A DNA stretch of 30,734 nt from Leptolyngbyaceae cyanobacterium (GTDB lineage: Bacteria; Cyanobacteriota; Cyanobacteriia; Phormidesmidales; Phormidesmidaceae): NCBI GenBank assembly GCA_050331235.1, contig JBHJHA010000090.1, positions 1 to 30,734 of the forward strand. Reading direction: 5' to 3'. This document shows positions 1-10,188 of the stretch, piece by piece. Under the pieces are notes generated by a model. The model saw only the letters and a list, made by a program, of their open reading frames with translations. It ran no database searches and was not told where the DNA came from. The position numbers and the translations under genes were made by a program. How positions within the stretch are numbered: position 1 is the stretch's first letter; the number at the start of each line of letters is the position of its first letter.

Positions 1-924
1 TTGCTCGATATCCCCAACGATCGCAGCACGCATACTCGCCCCACCCCACGTGGCGGCGGCTTAGGCTTTCTGATTGCCTTTCTCTTAACCGCGATGGTTA
101 GTATGGTCGGCCATACTGCATTTCCACAACAATTCGGAGCCCTGAGTCCCAATCCGCTGTCTGTCGCCGCAGCACTATTGCCTTTGGCCATAGTGGGGTT
201 TGTGGACGATCGCTACAACCTTTCTGCCAGAATTCGTTATGCCGTGCAGCTTGGGAGTGCCGCGATTGCCCTTATTTGCTTTGGACTACTACCCCAATCT
301 TGGTGGCCACTCACGCCGATAGTTGTCATGCTGTCGACTGTCGCAACATTGATTGGCTTTACCGCCCTCGTGAATTTTTACAACTTCATGGATGGTCTAG
401 ATGGCTTGGTCGCCAGCGTCTCTGCCTTGCAGTTGATATTCTTGGCGCTCTATCTACAGCAGTCGCTGTGGTGGTTGCTAGCGGCAGCAATATTGGGATT
501 CCTATGGTGGAACTGGTCCCCCGCCAAAATTTTTATGGGCGATGTAGGCAGTACTGTTTTAGGCGCGAGTGTAGCGATCGCCCTCCTTGAGCCCACGGTA
601 GAGCCCTTACATCAGCTTTCAGCCTTAGCCATTACGCTACCCTTGACGGCTGATGCCATTTACACACTGATGCGCCGCTCAATCAGAGGAGAAAACATTT
701 TTCAAGCCCACCGCACCCATTTATATCAACGGCTGCAGCAGTCAGGGTGGAGCCATGCCTCAGTCGCGATCGCCTATTTGGGATGGACGCTATTGATTGC
801 GGGCCTGTTAGCCATTTGGTCAGAGTGGGGCAGTGTAGTCGCCTGCATGATGAGTATTGTATTTGTAGCCGGCGGGGAAGGATATTTGCACCTATCGCCC
901 CAGTCGGTTGAGAAATCTTCCTAG
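1..924 (+). CDS. MraY/WecA-family (PF00953) polyprenyl-phosphate sugar-1-phosphate transferase, 5'-partial
   Basis: Motifs PTPRGGG, GFVDD, NFYNFMDGLDG, IFMGDVGS and HRTHLYQRL with many hydrophobic helices. The first TM helix is missing, so the true start is probably upstream of the window. Confidence 0.9.
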   Translation: MLDIPNDRSTHTRPTPRGGGLGFLIAFLLTAMVSMVGHTAFPQQFGALSPNPLSVAAALLPLAIVGFVDDRYNLSARIRYAVQLGSAAIALICFGLLPQSWWPLTPIVVMLSTVATLIGFTALVNFYNFMDGLDGLVASVSALQLIFLALYLQQSLWWLLAAAILGFLWWNWSPAKIFMGDVGSTVLGASVAIALLEPTVEPLHQLSALAITLPLTADAIYTLMRRSIRGENIFQAHRTHLYQRLQQSGWSHASVAIAYLGWTLLIAGLLAIWSEWGSVVACMMSIVFVAGGEGYLHLSPQSVEKSS

Positions 925-963
925 TCCTAGGCTTCACTAAACCGTCACGCGACTCTGTTTTCC

Positions 964-1356
964 ATGCCAGCATCTGACGTTATCTCGACCCTGACGCAGC
1001 TGACGTCAGATCTATGGTTGCCCAGTGAAACTGAGGTGCCGTGGACAATAGCCACTTGGTCGGTTGACACTCTGGCGGAGGATGTTATCAGGCAAAAGCT
1101 ACAGCGAAAGGATTCAGCTCCAATCGCCAAGCTTTCCTTAGCAGCCTTAGAAATCGAGGTTGAGCAGCGCTGCCAAAGTTATGGCCCGGTCGGTAAACGA
1201 CTAATGGCAGAGCACCGCCAGCTATTCAATTTTCTAAAGCAAACCTGCGATCGCGTTCGTGTCTTGCGTGTCGGTACCGTCACTGTCGATATCTTAGTCG
1301 TGGGTGAACTTGAGGATGAGGCCGTCATTTTACAAACCCAGAGTATAGAAACCTAA
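964..1356 (+). CDS. nuiA: Nuclease A inhibitor (NuiA) family protein
   Basis: 130 aa. N-terminal L..PSETEVPW resembles the NuiA SESDYPF motif, and [11 protein letters not shown] plus the C-terminal TQSIET match the family pattern. Confidence 0.75.
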   Translation: MPASDVISTLTQLTSDLWLPSETEVPWTIATWSVDTLAEDVIRQKLQRKDSAPIAKLSLAALEIEVEQRCQSYGPVGKRLMAEHRQLFNFLKQTCDRVRVLRVGTVTVDILVVGELEDEAVILQTQSIET

Positions 1357-1478
1357 AACAGTCTCCACGACGTTCTCTCAGACGCCTAGGTTGCGCTGTA
1401 CGCGACTTAGGTCTAGAAACCGTGCCCACTTTGGGTCATGCTATTACCGGATGCAAACTGATTACGAGGAGAGAGCAC

Positions 1479-2186
1479 ATGGCAGAGATGGATCCGGTCA
1501 AACTGATGAAGCAAGAGGTCGGTCGCGCCGCCGCCGCCAAAGTTGAGTCGGACACCGTGGTGGGACTAGGAACAGGCTCAACCACAGCGTTTGCCATTCA
1601 GTTTTTGGGCGATCGCCTCGCCTCAGGGGAACTCAAAAATATCAAAGGCGTGCCGACCTCTTTCCAAGCATCGGTCTTAGCCAAACAATATGGCATTCCA
1701 TTAACCACCTTGGATGATGTGGATCGGATTGACATTGCGATCGACGGGGCTGATGAAGTCGATCCTCAGTTCAACCTGATCAAGGGCGGCGGCGCTGCTC
1801 ATACCCGCGAAAAAATCGTAGATGGTCTAGCGGAGAAGTTCATCGTTGTGGTGGACAGTTCCAAGCTAGTGGACAAGCTAGGTTCCACCTTTGCTTTACC
1901 CGTCGAAGTCCTGCCCATGGCGGTGGCTCCGGTTACCCGAGCGTTGGTAGCTATGGGCGCAGCCGTTGATCTGCGCATGGGTGTCAATAAAGACGGTCCC
2001 GTGATTACGGACCAAGGCAACATGGTGCTAGATGCCAAATTTGAGGCAATCGCCAATCCGGCTGAAATGGAAGCCACCATCAACAACATCCCCGGCGTAC
2101 TCGAAAACGGGCTGTTCATAGGAGTTGCGACAGAAGTGCTGGTGGGTGAAGTGAAAGACGGCGAAGCTTCTGTTCGCAGCCTGTAG
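1479..2186 (+). CDS. rpiA: Ribose-5-phosphate isomerase A
   Basis: [15 protein letters not shown] and [13 protein letters not shown] signatures. ATG at 1479 follows a purine-rich GAGGAGAG RBS, so it is preferred over the GTG at 1422. Confidence 0.97.
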   Translation: MAEMDPVKLMKQEVGRAAAAKVESDTVVGLGTGSTTAFAIQFLGDRLASGELKNIKGVPTSFQASVLAKQYGIPLTTLDDVDRIDIAIDGADEVDPQFNLIKGGGAAHTREKIVDGLAEKFIVVVDSSKLVDKLGSTFALPVEVLPMAVAPVTRALVAMGAAVDLRMGVNKDGPVITDQGNMVLDAKFEAIANPAEMEATINNIPGVLENGLFIGVATEVLVGEVKDGEASVRSL

Positions 2187-2283
2187 GAGGCTGAAACGCG
2201 AGCGGGCAGCTCACGCGATTAGGCGTTAAGTGCAGCCCGCACTGTGTTCATCATCTCAAGTGATCGTTCAGGACTAAGGTTTC

Positions 2284-2517
2284 ATGCCATACATCAACCT
2301 GCAGATTACCCAAGGGGCAACTCGCGCACAGAAAGCGGAACTGGTGCAAGAGATGACCGCCTCTCTTGTGCGGATCTTAGGCAAACAACCAGAGCACATA
2401 CACATCGTTATTCAGGAAATCAGCGAAGAAAATTGGGGCTACTCTGGTCTGCTGACGGACACCTGGAAAGCACAGCAAACCACGCCGCCGCCGAATCTGT
2501 CGGAGCCGGAGCCATAA
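2284..2517 (+). CDS. 4-oxalocrotonate tautomerase family protein
   Basis: Met-Pro start exposes the catalytic Pro1. Beta-alpha-beta pattern PYINLQIT..ATRAQKAELV..IVIQEI..ENWG. Confidence 0.88.
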   Translation: MPYINLQITQGATRAQKAELVQEMTASLVRILGKQPEHIHIVIQEISEENWGYSGLLTDTWKAQQTTPPPNLSEPEP

Positions 2518-2650
2518 ACGACTGTTTGAGCCGCGGCTGCAGGATATCTCAAGCACGGCAGTCAGTCAGCGAGCACATTGTTTATCCCTTCTTAACCCCA
2601 GCAGAAATCGTTAGGATAAGCCTGAATTGTTAAGCCACATCGCCTAAAGA

Positions 2651-3832
2651 ATGCAATATCGACGCTTTGGCCGAACTGAACTGCAGATGCCGGTATTTTC
2701 CTGCGGGGGTATGCGGTATCAACACGCGTGGAAGGATGTACCCCAGGGACAAATTCCGCGTAAAAATCAGGAAAACCTGGAAGCTACCATTCGGCGATCG
2801 CTCGAAGTCGGCATCAACCATATTGAAACGGCCCGGGGCTATGGCACGTCTGAAGTGCAGTTGGGCAAAGTGCTACCTACTTTTCCTCGCGACCAGCTGA
2901 TTGTGCAAACCAAGGTATCGCCCAAGCCCGACCCCAAGGCGTTTCGGATGACGCTGAAACAGTCTTTGCAAAATTTGCAACTCGACTACATCGACCTCTT
3001 GGGGATTCACGGCATCAATACGCCAGAGCTCTTGGAATATGCCATCCGGCCGGGCGGCTGTCTGGACGAAGCCCGTAAGCTGCAGGCCCAAGGCCGCATC
3101 CGTCACATTGGCTTTTCGACCCATGGCCCTGCCCACGTCATCGTAGAGGCCATCAACACAGGTGAATTTGACTATGTCAATCTGCACTGGTACTACATCA
3201 ACCAGGACAATTGGCCAGCGATCGCTGCGGCAACCCAGCAAGATATGGGGGTATTTATCATTAGTCCCACTGACAAGGGCGGCCACCTCTATAATCCCCC
3301 ACCCAAGCTAGTTAAGCTATGTCAGCCCCTCAGCCCAATAGTTTTTAATGATCTCTTTTGCCTGAGCCATGGGCAGGTGCACACGCTGAGCTTGGGCGCA
3401 GCGCAGCCCTCCGACTTTGACGAGCATCTCAAGGTTTTACCCCTACTGGACCAAGCGGAGGTCCTCCTGTCACCGATCCTACAGCGTCTAGAACATGCAG
3501 CCATTGAAGCCTTGGGCATCGACTGGCTGCGTACCTGGAAAATTGGACTCCCTGCCCCCGAAAAAACCCCGGGCAATATCAACATCCCGATTATTTTGTG
3601 GCTGAGGAATCTGGTCAAAGCCTTTGATATGCAGGAGTATGCAGAAGCTCGATATAACCTTCTGGGCAATGGCAGCCATTGGTTTCCTGGAAATCAAGCG
3701 GATCGGCTGTCAGGGGTGGATATCCAAGCCGCGATCGCCAACAGCCCCCACGCGGATAGCATTCCTCAGCTACTCGCCGAAACGCACCAAATGCTTAAAG
3801 GAAAGACGGTGCAGCGTTTATCTAGCTCATGA
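2651..3832 (+). CDS. Aldo/keto reductase (cyanobacterial COG1453-like)
   Basis: YRRFGRT start, GINHIETARGYG.SE, QTK, LQLDYIDL and HIGFSTHG motifs. Confidence 0.9.
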   Translation: MQYRRFGRTELQMPVFSCGGMRYQHAWKDVPQGQIPRKNQENLEATIRRSLEVGINHIETARGYGTSEVQLGKVLPTFPRDQLIVQTKVSPKPDPKAFRMTLKQSLQNLQLDYIDLLGIHGINTPELLEYAIRPGGCLDEARKLQAQGRIRHIGFSTHGPAHVIVEAINTGEFDYVNLHWYYINQDNWPAIAAATQQDMGVFIISPTDKGGHLYNPPPKLVKLCQPLSPIVFNDLFCLSHGQVHTLSLGAAQPSDFDEHLKVLPLLDQAEVLLSPILQRLEHAAIEALGIDWLRTWKIGLPAPEKTPGNINIPIILWLRNLVKAFDMQEYAEARYNLLGNGSHWFPGNQADRLSGVDIQAAIANSPHADSIPQLLAETHQMLKGKTVQRLSSS

Positions 3833-4068
3833 GCAGCGGGCTTACTCAAAGGTAGCCCAACGTTAAGGCGGAATGCTACCTTGCTTGAGTCTTCGAGCCA
3901 TGCTCTTAGTAGACGGCTGCATATCGCGTAGCCTTGAGGTTTAATGTTAAAGACATAACAAAACTACCTCGACTCCAATAATGGCCTAGCTGTCTTTGCC
4001 GCCTTAACGGGTCAATTTCTTAGCTCCCTCATCTGCTTGATTCACAATTCCTGTTTAAATCTGTCCTA

Positions 4069-6219
4069 ATGAAAGAACTGCTTTATTTGGAGGTGCCAAC
4101 GCCTGAAACCCCAACGGTGCGTGCTTGGCTGCAAGAAAATTGGCAGCCAGCCGTTGGCAAGGCGATCGCCACCATTGACGGCATGCGCCTAGAGTTTCCT
4201 GAGCAGCCTAGTCAGACAGAACTCCCCGCAGCTTTATCGATCTTTGTTTGGTCGCTACAGCGCACCACCTATATCAAGGCTTTTCGCTGGGGCAAGGGCG
4301 CTGTCCCTCAAGAACAGCAGCTGATCAAACAGCTCAAAACTCAAATTCAGTCAGCTTTCCCCCCAAGCTATCCTGAGCTGCCGCCATTTCAGCCCGAGCA
4401 AGAAACGATCTTTGATGCGCTGGCGGCTGATTTCCCCAAAACGGTCACGTATTTCCAGAGAATGCCTAATGGGGAAGCTGACTTACAGCGCGTCTACTGG
4501 TGGGAAAAGCGGTGGCGCGAGAGCGTCCGATCGCCCAAAACGCCGAAACAGGTGATATATCGCACCCGCGATCGCCTCCAGGAAACTAGCCAGGCCGCGG
4601 AAGAATTTGATCTCATTTACGTCGGTGGCGCGTTGGGTGTCATCCATGCAGCGGTGATGGCTAATCTTGGCTATCGGGTTTTAGTCATCGAGCGACTCCC
4701 CTTTGGCCGGATGAATCGCGAATGGAATATATCGCGACAAGAGTTCAGCAGCCTGATTGAACTGGGTCTCTTCACCGAATCGGAATTTGAATCGCTCATT
4801 GCCCGAGAGTATCAAGATGGCTTTAATAAGTTCTTTGATGCCAACAATCCGGCTGTCGCCAAAGCTCCCGTTCTCCATACCCCGACCGTGCTAAATATTG
4901 CCCTCAACTCAGAGGCACTACTGCGGCGCTGTGGTGACAAGCTGCTAGCAGCCGGCGGCACCATCTGGGATGAAACTGAGTTTGAGCGGGCTCATGTGGG
5001 TCCAGATGAGGTCACAGTCTTTACCCGCGATCGCTCTACCAATAGCTCTAAAATTGCTCAAGCTCGGCTGCTGGTCGACGCCATGGGCACCGCCTCACCC
5101 ATTGCCTGGCAAATCAACCAGGGTCGCGCTTTTGATAGTGTCTGCCCGACAGTGGGAGCTTGCATCTCTAGCGGGTTTGATCCGGCCGTTTGGGACTCGA
5201 CCTACGGCGATGTTCTGTTTAGCCACGGAGATACTTCCCGGGGTCGACAGTTGATTTGGGAGCTATTTCCTGGTCAAGATAGCGAGCTGACTATTTATCT
5301 ATTTCACTACCACCAGGTACACATCGATAACCCAGGCTCTCTATTAACAATGTATGAGGACTTTTTTCACATCTTGCCTGAGTACCGCCGCTGTAACGTA
5401 GACAAGCTCACCTGGCGCAAGCCCACATTTGGCTACATTCCGGGCTATTTCAGCATTGGCAAAAACGATCGCACGGTCGGCTTTGACCGCCTCGTCGCGA
5501 TCGGAGATGCTGCTTCGTTACAGTCACCATTGGTATTTACCGGATTTGGCTCCCTAGTGCGAAACCTTCCACGTCTCACTAAACTTTTAGACGTCGCCTT
5601 GCAACACGACTTGCTCAAAGCCAAACATCTCAATCGGATTCGGGCCTTCCAAAGCAATATTGCCGTCACCTGGCTATTCTCCAAAGGCATGATGGTGCCC
5701 ACAGGAAAAAATATCTCCCCAGAACGTATCAATGCCATGCTGAATACCTTTTTCGGTATTCTGGAAACAGAAGATGCGAACGTGGCCGATCGCTTCATCA
5801 AAGATCGAGCTACTTGGAGCGAATTCAATCGGATGGCTCTAACGGCTGCCAGTAAAAATCCTGCCCTTTTATCTTGGATTTGGCAGCTAGCTGGCCCTAA
5901 AGATTTGATCCTTTGGGTAGGGAGCTATCTCAACTATACCTGGCAAGCTTTTACCCTTTGGCTATTTAGCTGGTTCCCAACCTGGCTCGACCACAACCAT
6001 ACCTGGATAGAGAAACTCAGCCCGGGCCTTTACTTCTGGATGCTGACTCAAAGTTATCACCTGACCTATGGCATGGGGACGCCGCCCAAACAACAGGCGA
6101 TTCAAATTTCGCCCCAATCCCTATCAGACAGTAAAGGAAAACAAGCTCGTATCCCCTCCCAGCCAAGCGCTCCACCCGATGTCTCAACATCCGTAGCCTC
6201 GCCTGACTCGTCCTCCTGA
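4069..6219 (+). CDS. cruA: CruA-type FAD-dependent lycopene cyclase
   Basis: DLIYVGGALG Rossmann motif, REWNISR, FDSVCPTVG and AIGDAASLQSPLVFTGFGSLVRNL. The length and long N-terminal extension fit cyanobacterial CruA better than the shorter CruP. Confidence 0.78.
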   Translation: MKELLYLEVPTPETPTVRAWLQENWQPAVGKAIATIDGMRLEFPEQPSQTELPAALSIFVWSLQRTTYIKAFRWGKGAVPQEQQLIKQLKTQIQSAFPPSYPELPPFQPEQETIFDALAADFPKTVTYFQRMPNGEADLQRVYWWEKRWRESVRSPKTPKQVIYRTRDRLQETSQAAEEFDLIYVGGALGVIHAAVMANLGYRVLVIERLPFGRMNREWNISRQEFSSLIELGLFTESEFESLIAREYQDGFNKFFDANNPAVAKAPVLHTPTVLNIALNSEALLRRCGDKLLAAGGTIWDETEFERAHVGPDEVTVFTRDRSTNSSKIAQARLLVDAMGTASPIAWQINQGRAFDSVCPTVGACISSGFDPAVWDSTYGDVLFSHGDTSRGRQLIWELFPGQDSELTIYLFHYHQVHIDNPGSLLTMYEDFFHILPEYRRCNVDKLTWRKPTFGYIPGYFSIGKNDRTVGFDRLVAIGDAASLQSPLVFTGFGSLVRNLPRLTKLLDVALQHDLLKAKHLNRIRAFQSNIAVTWLFSKGMMVPTGKNISPERINAMLNTFFGILETEDANVADRFIKDRATWSEFNRMALTAASKNPALLSWIWQLAGPKDLILWVGSYLNYTWQAFTLWLFSWFPTWLDHNHTWIEKLSPGLYFWMLTQSYHLTYGMGTPPKQQAIQISPQSLSDSKGKQARIPSQPSAPPDVSTSVASPDSSS

Positions 6220-6242
6220 CATTTTCCAGTCTGAATTTAGAC

Positions 6243-7547
6243 TTACATGCCGCTATCAACCGAGGCTTGCCCATCGCGCTTCAACAAATAAAAAATAATG
6301 GCGAAGGTTCCCACTACCTTTGCTGACTCCGAAGCCATTGTTGCCCATGCTGCCCCGTACCAGGAATACAAAGGAATCAGCCAAATATTGAGCACGATAT
6401 TCAAGCCAGCCGAAAATACTTGCACACTACTGCGATAGCTTTGATAATTTGCCCCGGTGAGGGTATCGCCGCCTAAAATTTGTAGCGCGACAACTAATGG
6501 GAGGAAGGCAACCAATCTCAGCAGGGTGTCAACATCAGCGTACTCTTCACCAATCAGGTTTTGAATATAAGGCGCAATCAAGAAAATAATCAGAGCCGTC
6601 GCTAAGCCATAACCAAAAGCCGTTGGCATCAGCCGTTTCGCAAATCGAAAGCTTCCTTTGATACCCTCGGCACCATGTTGGAAAAATCTGGGAAAGCTGG
6701 CCCCGGCCACGGAAATAATGGGAATTTTGAATACTGTAACAATGCGAAAGCCAGCTCCATAAAGTCCCGTTGCTTGTAGGGTTGCTACGCTGGCCAACAT
6801 AATTTTGTCAATATTTTCATTCACAAAATCAGAAGACTGACTAATGGAATAGTAAAATCCCTGTAGCAGTTCTTTTTGTAAACGCGGCCAAGAAAAAGTG
6901 GGCTTGGCTAGCCAAGCAGTCACCATCCAAATTGATAACAAAGCCGGTAGCGTTGTCGAAACACAGTAAAGATACCCCCACTGAACAGCATTTACCTCTG
7001 AAAATATTAGGGCCAACAAAACTGCCGCCACCAACTTAGTGATACCCACCAAAATTGAGGTAAACGCTGCGACCCTAGCTTTCCCGCACACAATGAAAGC
7101 AGAGTTTGCAGCTTGACTAACGTTAAAGCCAATGAGGTCGGCAATAAAAATGAGCGCAATGACAATAGCAGGAAAGTTGCCCCTTGAAATGATGGGGCCA
7201 ATAACTACAAATAACAACGTCAGCACGGTCCCCATAAAGAAGATCGTGGCCAACGCATTTCACCAATAATACTTAAGCACAGAGCGATCAAGTGCCACGT
7301 GTTTCGTCAGTATCTGGCTTGATCCCCAGCTTGCAAATGAATTAATCATTGAGGTGAGGGCAGCAATACCGACAAACACACCATACTCTTCAGGCCCTAG
7401 GGTACGCGCGAGGATCACAAAGTAAGCTGCCTGAATGAAAATGTTGAGCCCCCGAGAACTCAACATCCAAAAGGAATCTTTGGCCAATGCGCTTTGTCGT
7501 AGCCGGGATACTTTACTGCTTAACCAATTTCGTCTTCTAAAATTCAT
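6243..7547 (-). pseudogene. Wzx-type oligosaccharide flippase interrupted by one in-frame TGA (7260-7262)
   Basis: ORFs 7260-7547 and 6243-7253 are in the same frame and read KYYW*NALATIFF across the stop. LARTLGPEEYG, NIDKIML..ATGLYGAGFRI and LNIWLIPLYSWYGAAWAT are Wzx/MOP-family motifs. Full span is 435 codons. Confidence 0.85.
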
Positions 7548-7694
7548 ATCAGTTTGATGCTATAGATTCAATATTTTTTATCCACATAAATGGAGTCTTC
7601 ATGTGAAGTCTCCATTTATATGCTATTGAAACGGCCTTCTATGATTTCAAAGGGCCTGAGAGCTATTCAAGAAGTCGCCATTCGTTATGTAAAA

Positions 7695-8684
7695 TCAACC
7701 AAATTTTTTGTACTCTTTCGCTCCAAAGAATGCCGATTTTACTCTCCTAGAGAAAGCTTTCGGCAGCTCAATAACGGCTTTTTGATAAAACCGCGGTCGT
7801 TGAAAAGACTCTAGAGCAGCTTGACCTAGCTTTCCCTGCTTGAGGGCTGAAACCACTAAATAGTAGTCTCTCATCTTTCGAGTTTCTTTCAGCTTTAGCG
7901 CTAAAGCATCACTAAGAGCCTGGTTTTTCTGCAAAGATTCAGCTTCTTTATAGAAGAATGAGACAATTGCGTCACATTCTTGCGTAAGGCGTTCAATTTT
8001 GTCTGTGCTTGCCGTCAAGGAGCCCTCTCGGGCTAAATAGTAATAGTAAGGCTCAGTCAGCAATATAAATTTTGCCCCACGCACTAAACAATCCATGTCT
8101 AGCCAAAAGTCCTGGGAAACTTTAATCTCTGCTTTATAAGTGATTTGATTATCTATCAGAAATTGTCTGCGGAATATCGGTTTACTAAAGCCTAGGGCCA
8201 GCCCTTGACGCCCCTCGATATCAGATAAGACAAATGTGCTCGGATCAATCTCAATTACTCCTTGCAGAGATGAATCATGATATTGGACCATTGTTGCTCT
8301 AGGTACCGATTCGCCCTCTTCAATGATGTAAAGATCATCAGCTACCATATCTGCCTCACGTTCTTGAGCTAGCTTTAAAAGACGCTCAAGACGTTCCGGT
8401 GCATACCAATCATCAGAGTCAAGTACTGCTATCCAATTGCCTGTTGCCTCACTTAGAGCTCGATTGCGAGCGGCGCCGGCACCACCATTTTGACTTCGAC
8501 AAAAAAATCTTAGCCGTGGATCCAAGATTGACTCTAAGATCTGAACTGTGTTGTCAGTTGAAGCGTCATCTACAACAACAATTTCGAAGTTGGTGTAAGT
8601 TTGAGCGAGCACTGAATCGATCGCCCGCTTGATATATTTCTCCGTGTTATGGGCAGGAATAATGACAGAAATTTCTGGGTGCAT
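7695..8684 (-). CDS. Glycosyltransferase family 2 (ExoO-like)
   Basis: ISVIIPAHN, VVDDASTD, GAARNRAL and IAVLDSDDW (DxD). ATG at 8684 chosen, with an alternative GTG at 8729. Confidence 0.9.
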   Translation of the reverse strand: MHPEISVIIPAHNTEKYIKRAIDSVLAQTYTNFEIVVVDDASTDNTVQILESILDPRLRFFCRSQNGGAGAARNRALSEATGNWIAVLDSDDWYAPERLERLLKLAQEREADMVADDLYIIEEGESVPRATMVQYHDSSLQGVIEIDPSTFVLSDIEGRQGLALGFSKPIFRRQFLIDNQITYKAEIKVSQDFWLDMDCLVRGAKFILLTEPYYYYLAREGSLTASTDKIERLTQECDAIVSFFYKEAESLQKNQALSDALALKLKETRKMRDYYLVVSALKQGKLGQAALESFQRPRFYQKAVIELPKAFSRRVKSAFFGAKEYKKFG

Positions 8685-9032
8685 GGTGAACACAGCGGTT
8701 TCATCAAAAATTTGACAATGGTGGCTCACGCTGACGACTGTTTGTATTAAGTCATCGAGGTCATAGGTACAGATACCGTCTCTATGGCGTCCATTTTCTT
8801 ATTTGGTGATGTAGCAGCCGAGTCGGGTTTGACCCAAAAAGGCGGCAGCGGCCAAATATTATGCGTTTCTAGCTGAATTCATGCAGTCAGGGACAAAGGT
8901 GGTCCTTTATCCTGCTCACATTTCTATCATTTACGACTTGAGAAATCTACGAGGGTTCCGTGAATCTTGGGTGTACAAGTATAAAGACTTCGTTTTACCC
9001 AAACTATCTTCATAAAGGCAGCTTATGTCCTT

Positions 9033-9076
9033 TAGGGGCGAGACGGTCTGCATCTAGGGGCGAGACTGTCTGCATC
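9033..9076. repeat. Tandem 22-bp direct repeat TAGGGGCGAGAC(G/T)GTCTGCATC, two copies
   Basis: Copies at 9033-9054 and 9055-9076 differ at one base. Confidence 0.95.
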
Positions 9077-9269
9077 GCTTGATAATGCAGCGCTATGATG
9101 AGAGATATCGGCAAAACAGCAGGCGATTGACCCAGCGGTCGGCAATCTCAAGCCTTTAGCACGCTAACCATCTCTCCGAGGAATCGCGCAAAACAGCAGG
9201 AGAATTAACTGTCTCGATGGTTTTGCTCAATCAATGAGTCGAAAGGGAAGGTAGAGCCTAAGCAACAGC

Positions 9270-9968
9270 ATGGAACCGAAAAAGAGCGATCGCGAACTCC
9301 AAGAAGACCTACAGAAGCTGATGGCAGAGATCGAAGCCGATTCTCCATCGGTGGTTCAGCGATCGCCCCAGTCAACCGAACTTGCCACCAAATCGCCCTC
9401 GACCAAAGGCATGTTGTCAGGAATTCGAGCTAACTTCTTTTTGCCTCTCTGGATTTTGGCCATTCCCTGGGGGCAGGAGATCATCGACCAAGTGTTTTTC
9501 GGGGGGAACTGGAATCTGATTCTGATTCCCCGCAGTTTGGATGGAGTTCCCGGCATTTTTCTATCCGCCTTTTCCCATAGCGGTTTCATCCATCTGATTA
9601 GCAATACAGTCGGTTTTGCGATTTTTAGTTGGCTGATATTGGCTAAGAGTCGCCGGGATTACTGGACCGTCCTCTTAATCGGTTGGCTCGGCGGCGGCGG
9701 CATCAGTTGGTTAGTGGGGCCGACGCCCGTCCACGGGCTCAGCGGAGTCGATTACACATTATTTGGTTATTTGTTGGTCATCGGCTGGCTAGAAAGTCGC
9801 CTCGTACCACTCCTGATTTCCATCTTTGTCCTGTTAAATTACAGCGCTTCCCTGTGGGGAGTTTTGCCCATGCAGCCTATGGTCGCCTGGTGGGGGCATT
9901 TGATTGGTCTGCTGCTCGGTGTTGTTGCCGCCTATGGCATTTATCAGGAACCCAAAAGCCGCCATTAA
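9270..9968 (+). CDS. Rhomboid family intramembrane serine protease
   Basis: FSH..FIHLISN, GLSG (catalytic Ser in GxSG) and WWGHLIG (catalytic His). Multiple TM helices follow a soluble N-terminal extension. Confidence 0.88.
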   Translation: MEPKKSDRELQEDLQKLMAEIEADSPSVVQRSPQSTELATKSPSTKGMLSGIRANFFLPLWILAIPWGQEIIDQVFFGGNWNLILIPRSLDGVPGIFLSAFSHSGFIHLISNTVGFAIFSWLILAKSRRDYWTVLLIGWLGGGGISWLVGPTPVHGLSGVDYTLFGYLLVIGWLESRLVPLLISIFVLLNYSASLWGVLPMQPMVAWWGHLIGLLLGVVAAYGIYQEPKSRH

Positions 9969-10021
9969 CATCATTTAAAGTAGGGTTGGTTTGGGCAAAT
10001 ATGCACGATTGACTCGCCGTT

Positions 10022-10062
10022 TTTTACCAATTCTCATGCTTTCCTTAAACTCAGATTAACCA
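10022..10062 (+). promoter_or_regulatory. Candidate Pho box (SphR/PhoB-type 11-bp periodic repeats)
   Basis: Octamers TTTTACCA (10022), CTCATGCT (10033), CTTAAACT (10044) and ATTAACCA (10055) at an exact 11-bp period, compared with the cyanobacterial consensus YTTAAYYW. Confidence 0.35.
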
Positions 10063-10188
10063 AACTCAAATTCAGTTAATCTGGGTTAATTGGGGATTAG
10101 CCAAACAGGCTGACTCTGATATGCTCACCTTAGCTCAGGGAAAAATTGAGATGGATAACTGGCAAATAGTTTAAGCTGTGGCGGGGTC

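Noticed and set aside
8930..8975. Shared CGTAAATCTACG-like palindrome upstream of the two GT2 genes
   Set aside because: Each instance needs three or more mismatches, so it cannot be told from chance.
9033..9076. CRISPR array
   Set aside because: Only two abutting copies, no spacer and no cas genes.
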